DNA from: an uncultured bacterium
Lineage (GTDB): Bacteria > Omnitrophota > Omnitrophia > Omnitrophales > Aquincolibacteriaceae
DNA length: 64,000 nt
Assembly: GCA_964385615.1 (NCBI GenBank)
Contig: CAYLPP010000007.1
Location: forward strand, 44,426-108,425
Reading direction: 5' to 3'
Below the pieces are notes generated by a model. It made no database searches. It was given only the letters and a program-made list of their open reading frames with translations, and was not told where the DNA came from. The position numbers were made by a program, and so were the translations under genes. Numbering within the stretch: position 1 is the stretch's first letter; every line of letters starts with the position of its first letter. Positions 43,701 through 55,700 of the stretch are shown piece by piece.

Positions 43701-46700
43701 GCTTGCCGATCTGAGAATCAGAATTAAACAGAGCCACATACGACATAACAGGCACATGATCACCATTCGGCAGACGGTCATACTGACTCTGAAACTTCAC
43801 AAGCATGGTGGCGCCCATTTTCCGCTCTTCTTCATTGGCCGGAGTGTGCAAAGGCACCATTTCAACCGCGTCTTGTTCAGAAAAGCTGACTTTGGCTTTG
43901 GATCCGTCAAACACATACTGTTCACCCAGATGGTTGTTGAACAGAACCGGCTTTTCGACCTTATGCATCTGGTCGTCTTTGGCCAGCCAGTATTCAAAGT
44001 GAATCAATTTATTATTTTTATCGCGGATGGTGTTCCTCATGGTTTTTTCATCCCAGCTGACACCGATAAACGAGGTGTGATAAGTTTCTCTAGATGAAAC
44101 GGAACCATCCACATGGTAGACATTTTCTTTGTAAATCTTGGACGTTTCGTCGCGCGCTCCACGGGTGTAGGTAAGATCACCCTTGCCGGTCATGGCGAAA
44201 TACTGATCACCAACCTTATAGAAGACGGAATTTTCAATATCTACTTTGTTGTGAGCGTCTTGAGCCGACTCCATATAACTGCGCGCTCTCGAAAAACCAA
44301 CCGTGTCGTCACCAAAGGCGAAATAGGCCGTGGGAGAAATGACAGCCAGCAGAATATTTTTAGCGGTCGAATTCGTTCTTTCTTTATCGATATCCTTAAG
44401 CTTCGTGCCTTCGATTACTTTTCCGTCTTTATCCACAACCTTCTGGACGCCGCCGCCGTGCATACTGACATAAATCGCGCCATCCTTATTTCCGCCTTCA
44501 GGAAGCCTGCGGATGACTCTTCCCTTGTCATAATCACGTGTGTCGGCCGTGTAAACTCGTTTATCCCCATCACCCGTATACCGGGTGATGACCCGGCCTG
44601 AAGAATCGAGCGCGATCGTTTCGCCGTTTACTTTAATTTTCTGGGAGGTAAAGACCCCATTATCGCCGGCTTCGATTTTCGCGTTGCTGTCCGTCAAAGC
44701 CGTCCAGAAAGTCATGTCTTTAGGACCGCCTCTGTTAAAGTGCGACTCCCCATCGTCTTCCGGTTTTTCAATTTTGGCGCAGAAGCCCGTGCACCGGCCG
44801 ATCACAAAGTTTCCGCTCAAATCGCTGACAATATATTCACCTGAGGTCGAAGGAATCCCCTGATTTTCACCCGCCCAGATCATGCGGTTGTTTGCATAAT
44901 CCCTGATATGGGTGGCCCAACCGCCGGCAAGAGGCTGACGGAAATTTCCATTGAAGAAACTCTGCATATTCGCTTCCGTGAACCGCGGGTTTACGGCTTG
45001 GCGCCAGGCAGCGACAAACCGGCCATTGTGGAAATACCCGGTCAGTACAGATCCGTCTGACATCACGCTTGCGAAATTTGTAATCTGATTCGAGGCGCCG
45101 CCCAGGAAATTTTTATTCGCCGCGTCGAAGTAAACAATGTTCCCATTATTTCCCAACTGGCCCAAGTACTTCCCGCTGATCATGGATTTCACATAAAACC
45201 CGCTGACCATGATGGAACTTCCGCCATCCGTGCGGTCCTGACCTGTCTGATAAATCCGGGAATTCGCGTGATCATTAACATCCATGGAATACTGCACTCT
45301 GCCGTTCTTATCGGTAAACCAGGAAGTGATCAGGTCGTAGCCTTCTTTTGAATTCCCATTAAGCTTAATGCTGTGCTTAACCCCTTTTTCATCCGTCAAT
45401 TCAATGAAAGCATTGCCTTTTACCCATAAGGAGTTACTCTCACCCGCGGACGGCAGTTTAAAGACTCCATCTTCACGGTATCCCGTAATCTTGTGCGTAT
45501 CCTGATCTTCGATCAGGTATTTGTTTCCCGCAACCTGGGAACCGCCTTGATCATTTCGAAAACTATCCATGACCCGGTAAATCTGGCGAGTCTCATGGTT
45601 AACAACATTCAAGGCGTACCTGGTCCCAAGCCCTTGCTCAGGAGATTCAAAAATGCGGGCCGTCACGATAAATCCGGCTTCGTTGACCATCACATCCACG
45701 GCCTGACCGCTTCCGGTGTGGGTATAGGCCGCGTAAGGATGACTGACTCCTTCACTTGAAGCATGACGTCCGCCGACGTGCTGGAGCGGAGCAATCGGTT
45801 TACCCCACCCCTGATTAACACCAATCACCCGGCCGCCGTTCAATTCCGCGACCAAAGCTTCCCGCAGTTTGCCGCTGCCGACCCCAGAAGCTGAAAGGTA
45901 AACACGGCCGGAAGAATAATCCGTCAGGTTGGTCAGCATCACACCGTCGCGGGAATACCCCATCAAATCTCCGCTGGAGGTCAGGTACATTTTGTACTTG
46001 CCCTTATCGGTTTCATCCGTGCTGGTGAACTCGATAGTATGCCCAATCATTAACAGTTCGGGCAGACCGTCAAGCTCTGAATACCCCCCGCGGAATTTGT
46101 CACTATTCAATGAAGTGTAAGTCTCATCGCCCGGAAGACGGATTCCCGTAATTTTTCCCGTGTAAAGATCGCGGACAACCACTTGTTTCGCGAACCTCGC
46201 GACTCCGCCGTTATTTTGATGCGCGGGAAGTTTCTGATGGATATCGTAAATAACCCCATTCGTGTAGTCCGTCGCGCCCATAATGGGCACCACACCTCTA
46301 TCATTCTTATCTTCTTTTCCGTAAGCACCGACCAAACGGTTATCATCGTCAAAGTAGAAAATGGCCGTTCCCGCGGCAGAAGCGCCTTTAACCGTCATGC
46401 CGGTTACAGCCTTATCGGTCCCAATGGCACCCGGGACTTGATTCCCCTGAGCATCCAGTAAGTACCGCATGGTGAAGTTCGAGATCGGGTTCTTCGGATC
46501 CGAATTACTGGCGCTGAAGGAATAAAAGACACCGTCTTTAATCACACCTTCGTACTGGAAGCTGTCGCCGATACGTACCGGGCGGATCCCTTCAATCTGC
46601 TTGCCGTCCGGGGTAATCATCATGTAGACCCGGCCGGTTTTATAGTCGGTCATGTTTGAGAGGAATGTGGTTGAGCGGTCACGGCCCTGGAGCATTTCAC

Positions 46701-49700
46701 CCATGACATAGCCGTTTTCATCCAGATACGTCGTCACATACCGTCCGCTGTCGCCGTCTCTTCCGCGTTCCCGACTGACATAAAAGGAACTTGCCGTCAG
46801 ACCATTCGCGCCGGGAATCTGCGCGTACTGCGCGTTGGTGCCGGTAAACAGCCGAAGCGCCGCGAAGCCGTCCGTTTGATTCCAGGTACCGATCATCCGG
46901 CCAGGATCCGTCATATCGGCAACACCGACATTCCAGCCGGTCATCCCTCCGCGCTGACCGAACATCAGAATTCTTTGGTTCGCGTTGTCATAGACATTGC
47001 CCAGAATTACTTTATTTTCCGTCTGAGCGTCACGGGTCATGACAAACCGGCCCGCTTCATCAAAGTAAAGAAGGCGGTCATTGACTTTGTCTCCGAAAGG
47101 CTTGTCCGTCTGGTAATAACTCATGGCGCTCATTTCATATTCGGTGCTCACACCGCCGGCGTCAGGATGGGGCGTTGGACCGGTATGACGGGCGCCATCC
47201 ATATAGAACCTCCCGCGTTCATCTAATTTTTCCCGCAGAGGGTTAAGCAATCTCTGGCCGGCAGGATCCACGTAGTTAAAAACCGTGTTTGTATCGTAGC
47301 TGAAAATTTTCCGGACACTGTCATTACGCTTATAGTCGCCTTCACCGACAACCAAAAGCCGGTTTTGATTGTCTAAAATCAAATACTCAGAGCCGGGAGT
47401 TCCCCCAATGCCGTCGTGAACCAGTTCCAGGAAAGTAACACCCGTATAGCCGTGGCGCCCGCGAAGCATAGGCTGAAGCATGTCATTAATGACTGGGCAA
47501 AGTTTGTCGTCACCGAAACGCTTGTCAAGAGCCAGAGGAACACGGGCTCCGTAAATATCATCACGGTAAACTCCCTCACTGCGGCGAACTCTGACGCCGG
47601 CCTGAAGCGCGATTCCGGTAATCTCACCAGTCACCATACTCTTCACCTGGATCGCGAAACCGTTGGTATCTCCATAAGGCTGATACAAGGTCTTGGTCGT
47701 ATAGTTGGCACCGTAGGTAATCTTGGCGTTTTTAATGACTGCGGCGAGAGCCTTGGCATCACCCTTCGCGGCGGTAAACCCGGCCGTAAACGCTTTCCCG
47801 GCCAGAGAGACCCGGTTCTGCTTATCAAGCGTGATGAACTCCGTCTCACCCTTGCCGCCCGGAATCACACGGCGGAACGATCTCACGCTTTCAACAACGA
47901 CGGCAGGATGGTTCTTATCTTTTGATTTGCGTTCGGCCTCCTTCGAATCCACTTTCTCTTCAACCAGTTTCGCGCCGGTATACGCGTCAACCGCCGTCAC
48001 AAAATCACCGGAAGACAATTCGAATTGAAGCAAAATGCCCTGCGAACCCTGCGCCAGCGACCACTGCTTATTCGCGCTGATATTCAGGGCCCAAGTAATC
48101 TTGTTGTTTGGTTTGGCCGCGAAGAAATTCTGACTCGTCCCGGCCAGCACCTGGCGGTTGAGCGCGTCCAGACCGATAAATTGGCCTTCATATTCATAAA
48201 TGGTGGCCGGACCCACGAAAACTTCCCCTGAAGACGGATTGGCGGAAAAGCGTCCGGTCACTTTTTTACCGAGTTCGTTATAAACATCCGTAAAAGAACC
48301 GGTGGAAATCTTGGAAGAAATGAACAGTTTGTCAGCGTTTTGGGCCGCGGACCACTGCTGATCCGTCTTGTAATTGGCCGCGTAAGAGACTCTCAAAGAG
48401 GTTTTAAAATCACCGGTACCCCGAAGCACGACACGGTCTTCGGCATCCAGCGCGATGAATTCATTTTCCAGAGTCGACGGATTTTTACGGATGAAAACAA
48501 TCCGGCTTTCCGTTTTAATATCTCCGCGTTTGATATCTTTCGCGGTATCATCCGTTACGGTTCTATCGGGCGCTTTGCCGGTATGCGCGTCGAGCATATT
48601 CACGCGCAGACCCGAGTCCATGTTCGTTATCTTCATAAATCCGCCGATCGCGGACCCGGAAATTCTCTTTTCATAATCCGCGAAATACGTCAGGCTGAAA
48701 GCCGGTAATTCCTGCTTCTTCAAATCACCGTTACCAATCGCGAGCACCCGGAACTTTGTATCCAGGACCAAAAACTCTCCGGTCTCAATATCATCGCCGA
48801 CCGGGATTCTCCGGACGGTCTGAACCGTTTCATCTTTTTTACCCAGCTCCATGTCGCCGACCTTCAGATTCTGATCGGTTCCAATAGTCAGGCTCGTTCC
48901 GCGCTGAGCATCGTAGACGCCGAAGCGCAAGCCGGTGTCCATATGACTCATCATCAGGAAACCGCTGCTCTGAATCCGGTTCCATTCGACACCCGTTTCG
49001 AAATTGGCGGCAAAATCAATAAAGAAGTTCTTCGTTCCGGGCCGGAGATAATCCCCCTGACCTGACAGCACGGTGCGGTTCTGCGCGTCCAGGGCCACGA
49101 ACTCGCTGGTTCCGTCAAGACCGACACGGGCGTAAACCGCGGTGCTCTTGGTTGAAATCCCGTTGGTTCCGAAAGAAATATTCTGTTCAGCCTTGTCCGT
49201 CTTGGGCTTAATTTCCGTTCCGCGCTGAGCGTCATACATACCCTTGAATTCCCCGGTCGAATTCGTCACCGCGCGCAGAATTCCGCGTTTGTCACGTGAC
49301 CACATCATGTTAACCATCGGGTCAAAGTTGACCGCGAAGGTGATCATCGCGTTGACATCCGTGCCCAGCTTCGTCCAATCCCCGTTACCGCTCATGACGA
49401 CTTCATTATTCGCGTCCAGCGCGATGAAGGTCTGAGACCCGTCATGACCTTTAGTCACATACACAACGGAGGATTTGGTTTTAATGTCTCCCTTGCTGAC
49501 ATTTTTAGTCGAAGCATTATCAATCTTTTCAAGTTCACTGCCGGTGCGGGAGCTGAAGATTCCTTTAAATTCACCGGTCTGCATGGAAACGGCTTTCAGG
49601 AAACCATCCGCCGCCGCGCTCCAGGTCATTTTCGTCGCGTAGTTGGCCGCGTAAGTAATATTAAACATGGGAGCCGTGGGCTTCGTAAAATCACCCGTTC

Positions 49701-52700
49701 CCGTCAGGCTTACGCGAAGTTCACCGTCAAGCATCAGGAATTCAGAAGGCGAAGCGTCTTTACCGGAGGTTTTAACGTACACGCGCCGGCTTTCAGTCGT
49801 CACCGTGCTTGCCGCTTTGGGATCACGCTTTTTATTCAGCGCGTCAATTTCAGCCTTTGTCATATCCCGGCCGGCGATGACATTTCCAGTATTGGAATCA
49901 CGGACTTCATCCAGACGTTCACCTGAAGAAATAACGCTGGTTACCAGGAAGCTGGCGGATCCGGCGGCCCGGGACCAGACACGGTCACGTTCATAGTCCG
50001 CGGCGAAGCTGATAAGGAGGCTTGACCCCTGGACATTCGAGCTCCCCCAAAGATCACGGTAATTGCCCGTTCCCAGCAGGACGACGCGATTCTCAAGATC
50101 AAGAGCCAGGAACTGGGAACGTCCACCCGACAGAGGGGTACGGGAGTAAAAATTCTCAGCGGCAATTTCATTATCTTTCCCGGTGCCCAGCTTGATTTTT
50201 CCCGCAGTCGGAGATCTTTGAGGCTTGATTTCATCGCCCGTTTGACCGTCAAAAACACCCACAAACGCGTTGGCCGAAATTTTCTGCCCCAGCATGAAGC
50301 CTTCTCCAGCGTTGGACCACCGCATATCAACCGCGGCATTGTAGTTGGCAACCAGACTCAGCTGGCGGAGCAGAGGTTCTTTAAAGTTTCCGTTACCGGC
50401 CAGGACCAGACGGTTTTCCGCGTCAAACGCGATAAATTCCATCTTGTGGCCTTCAGGAGAAAGCCGGGTGTAAACAGCCACGCTCTCCGTTTTCATCTGG
50501 CCAATCTTGATATTTTTCGCGGCGTCAGTTGTATCCGCTTTGAGTTCAGCCCCGGAATGAGCGTCATAAACGCCGAATTTCTCGCCCGTCGCGGTACTGC
50601 TCATCCGCATAAACCCGCGGCTGACCAGTGTCAGCTGGCGCTCAAGCGTATAGTTCGCGGCAAAAGTTAATTCAAACATGGCGGAGCTCGGATGGAGGAA
50701 ATCACCGCGCCCGGCGAGAACAATGCGGTCTTCCCCGTCAAGGGCCACAAAGTTGGTCTGCTTTGAATCAGGATGCTCGATCACATAAAACTTCTTGGAT
50801 TCCGTTTGAAAATCGCCGACCTTCATATTATTGACACCGCCGGCGTGCGCCGCGACTTCCTTACCGGTATAAGGATTAAAAACACCTTTAAACGCGCCGG
50901 TGTCCATATGAGTTGAATAAAGCGCGCCGTTACGGTTCACCCATATCTGACGAACCGCCGGGTCATAATTCGCGGCATACATAATCTGGAGGACGGTGCC
51001 CTTACGGCCGTTCTTGCTCATATCGCCCAGAACATAAAGAGACTCACGGCCTTCAGAATCAAAGAAAACGTTTTCCAGTTTCCCTTCACGGTTCTTAACG
51101 GTCCAGCCTGATTTTGACTGAGTCTTCACGCCTTCAATATTGGCGTAAGCGGTCACGTCAGCATCCGTCAGTTTCTTTCCGGTGATTCCCTTCTGGTTCA
51201 ATACGGCAACCAGTGTATTGTCGGAAAGTTTGCGCACAATCAGGGCTTCACCCGTGCGGCTGGCGGTCCAGCTTCGGTCCTGCTCAAAATTAACCGCGTG
51301 CATAATCGTAATGTCAGCAGGATGGCTGATAATATCGCCGGAAGCGACCAGCGTAATCCGGCCTTGGTCGTCATACAGATAGCTTTCACTCGGTCCGTCA
51401 TGAGAGCTGACCACGGCCGCGTGAGTCGCGTTGACGGTAACCGCCCCGCGGTTATAACCGCGGATATCCTGAACTTTGATACGGACATTTTTGGAGGGAC
51501 TGACAAACCCAAGCAGGTCGCCGGTAAAAATACTGCGTTTAATCAGCGCTTCTCCGCCCTCACGCTGATAAATAAAGCCGTTCGCGCTATCCATCGCGTA
51601 GAAGACCTTCTCCATTTTCCCGGAGCTGGTGACCGCGCAAAGTTTCAGGTTGGCGTCAAAATGAACCACAACCTCACCTTCTATTTTTCCGTCCACAAGC
51701 GTTTTGACTTTCCGGCTGTAAACAGACTTAATCGTATCCGTTCCCTGATTGCTGTTAAATTTAATGGCCTGATTGTTCGCGGCCAATGCTTCGAGATCGC
51801 CGGCACCGTCCCAGAAGCCGATCAAATCACCGCCCATGGTCATAACCGGGAAATGGCCGTCCACAATTTGACCGCCGCCTTGGACAAGAACACCAAAAAC
51901 CACATTGTTCTTGCGGTCAATAATGTTGGAGTAATACTTCAGGGTCGGACCCATTTTTTCTTTGGATGAAGTCGTGACATGCTGGCCGTCATCCGTCAGG
52001 TGGATAATCCGGGGACCATCCGGCATTTCGAGCTGAATGTAGGCGCTGGTGCTGACTCCGGTTGACTCATGCACCGTGGGAACAGCTGAAATTGAAACAC
52101 CGGTCTTAACACCCTTCGAACTGATACTTCCAAGCATACGCCCGGTGTCCATGCTGGAATAAGCCGCCGGTCCTTTCAAATCTTTGAAAGAAACCCCCTG
52201 CAGGGTCGTGTGAATAATCGTCCGGTCTCTGAAATTAAAAATATCCAATGAATAAGCTTTCGCGGGATCGGACATATTTCTGGCCGTCGCGACACGGCAG
52301 CCGAATGAGCAGTCCAGGAAAACGGTGTGGTTCTGTCCTCCGTCGGTCTGAACCCCTTCAAGAATCGCGTCCGTTTTGACGCCGCCGAAATGCGTGGCAG
52401 AAAACGTGGTGACGCTCTGAAGACCTTCAAAAGCATTCCATTTCCCAATGATGACACCGCGTTCCGTATCCTCAACCAGGACATTGTTCGAAACCCCGCC
52501 GAACATGGTCATCATGTAACGGCGATGATTGGTATGATCCATCAGATCAATCACGTGGTGAAGAACCGGCTGACCGTCCTTGCGGACCTGCCCCGTATTA
52601 AAGGTGCCGCCGACCAAACGGCCCATGCTATCAAGATAAATCGTGATCGGTTTTCCCGCGCCTTCCTTGCCGATAACGCCCTCAATGACCATCGCGCTTG

Positions 52701-55700
52701 AGAACGCGCTTCCGGTTCCCGAAAGCCACTGCACCTGTTTAACCTTGGCGGCAACAATCTTACTGCCGTCCCACGAACCGAGAATACGCTGTGTCCGGAT
52801 ATCCATCACCGGAACATTGGCTTCCAAACCGCCGGCCAGTGTCACCATGTAGCTGATGCCCTTCGTGTGATCCGTAATATCCGTGATGAATTGAACGTTT
52901 TTAGTGCCGTCGGCTTTAAACTGGAATTTTTCTCCAAAAACCAGTTCCGCTCCGACAAAACGGCTCATGGAATCAAAATGCATGGTCACCGCTCCGCGGT
53001 TGCGGTCAACAACCTGCAGTTCTCCGGCAGCAGCCACGGAAATATCGTTCATCTTCACGGTGTGAAGGGTTTTCTGGATCGCCACCATCTTCCCGTTCTG
53101 CATCACTCCAAGCATATTTCCGGAAGCGATTGAACGGATAAAATAAGAGCCCGCCGCAAGACTGACTCCTTCCGACTGGGTGTGGAAAGACATCATCCGC
53201 GCGTGATCAAAAATAGTGGAGTCCCGGCCAATATGGGTGCTGACCAGCGGGTGATTGCTTCCCATATTCAGGTAGATCGCGACTTCCTTGCCCCCTTCAG
53301 GACCGGAACCGACGCTGGTGCCGGAAAGAACCGTATTATAGGAAAGAGTGGATCCTCCGTCCGGAGTCGTTTCGGTACCGGTTCCGCTCATGAACTGGAA
53401 ATTTTCACCGATCCGGATATCAAAAATGTGCGTGAATCCAGCCGTCAGCATTTGGGTGCCGTTCATCTTCGTCACGTCAGTATTTTGACGGGCATGGCCC
53501 ACGGCGGCAGCGTAACTGTTAACCGTTAATTCCAAACCTTCGGAGTCGGTAAATTTAAAAACCGGCGGACGGCCTTGCCCATAAATCGCCGTGGCTTTCG
53601 ACGTAATGGGGATTTCGGTCATCTTCCCGTTAAGCATTCCCTTTATCGAACCTTGATAGTAAACACGCTCCACGGTTTTCGTTTTGGTTTTTTCATTGTA
53701 AGAAATAAAGCTCGTGCTCTTGTCTCTGTGAGTGATCGCGACACGCAAAACTTTTCCGGCGGCATTCAAATACACCACACGGTTACGGCGGTTTGTATCC
53801 ACACGAACGACCGTCGGAGAGAGGTTGTGCTCAACGGAAAGCGTCTGATAGTTCACATTCGCGAGACTGACTGTCGTACGCCGGCTGAAATACTGGGTAT
53901 ACATGGAAGTGGAGATATAAACGCCGGTACCGACGATACCTTCCGTTGACAGGCTGACAACCCCCCACTTATCAAAGAAGGTCCAGGAAACACGTACGGC
54001 CGATTCCGGGAAAAGCTGCCCTATCTGACCGACGACACCGCCGAAAGCAAACCCTTTAACATCAAGCTTCGGATTCGCGGGAAGCTTCAGCCCCGTACTC
54101 AATGTGCCTAACCCGATAATTTTTCCAACCAATTTCATCAGAGTGGTGGAGATAAGACCAAAGTTCACACCGCCCATCAACGCGTTATAAAGCTTGGAAA
54201 CAATTGTTCCGGTTCCGGGCCCTCCGCCGGTAAGCGGATTCATGTTTTTTGAAGCCAGGTACTGCTGGACACCATAAATCAGCTGAACGGCGGAATGCTT
54301 TCCTCCGGTAGTCAGATCCGCGAAAAATCCGCGCATCAGCCCTGTCAGCGCGGCCGCGTCATTAATGGTCAGAGAATCCTGGCCCATGAACATCACCGCG
54401 CCGATCACGGAGGCCGAAATCGCTTCGCTGTTTCCGGTTTTGAAAATATCAAGCAGAGGCGCGAACAATTCAGGACGGCTTTCAACCTGCTTGCCAAAAG
54501 CCTCGACACGGTTAATAAGAACCCCGAAATCGAGCTGGGAGAATTTAAAAATCTGAACCCGGACATTGTGCGGAGTCGCGAAGAAATTACGGATAAAATT
54601 AACCGTCGTGGCTGAGACTGTCGGATTCAGGCTGTTGAGTTTCGGTGAAGATCCGGCGAGATCTACAGCTTCCAGAAACAGCTGTCTTACATCATTAAGA
54701 TTCAGATCCAGGCCTTCGGCCAGAGTCTTGGGAAGGTTCGGGTTTTTCTGGATCAGGATCGGATAAATGAAAGCGATCGTCGCTCCGCGCAAACGCTGGG
54801 TCGCCGCCGCGTCCAAACCGCCCGACTTAGTCGCTACTTCTAAAAGCGAGCCGAGAATCGCGGCCTGATCCGCTGAGGTCAATTTGTCAAATTTATCAGG
54901 ATTTTCAAAAATAGCGTTAATAACATTCGTCGCGAGCTCGGCATTGCCCACCAGATTCAGATTTTTGAGTATCTGAGGCGCGACCGCGAACCGGTCTTCC
55001 ACACCCAGCGCGAGAAACGCGTTCTTCGCTTCCCGAGAAAGCGAGCGGACAGCAGCCGCGACAACAAAAGCCGGTAAAGTGGGGTCATTCGCCTTCACTT
55101 TTCCAAGGAATTCAAGCAATTGCCCCGCCTGCTGAACCGCGACCTTGTTATCCCCCGCTTTGACCAGGTCTTCAACGACCGTCACACCTTTGCTTACGAG
55201 GTCTCTGCGCACATCCTGAGTCAGATTCGGAAGCTGAAGGTAGGCCGTAATCAAGTTCCCGTGCGTTTCAAGCGTGAGACCCGCCGGACGGACGGGCGCC
55301 AGCACGATATCCGTAATAATTTTGTGAAGTTTTTCAGTCTGAGCCGCGGCTCCGCCTCCCGCGCGCAGAACAAGAATCGCCGTCGCGGCTTTATCTCCGA
55401 GATCCGTAATACTGTCCACTGCCGCGGTCAGTTTTTCAATGATGGCTCTTTTAGCAACCGGATCGGTGAACTTCAAAAGCGCCAAACCGTTTTGCACAAA
55501 GGTTCTTCTTTCACCGTCATTGGCGAACGCGGGAGGATTAAGAATCTGCGCGGAAAGGAACTGAACCGCTTCAATACGCTGAGCGCCCGTAAGGAGATAA
55601 ACGGCGTCAATATTCTGGAAAAGTTCAGGAATCGTCAGCGTGCCTTCCCCCTTGAAAACAATCGCCAACCGGGCGGTCAGGGCCTGCTGCTGATCCTCGT

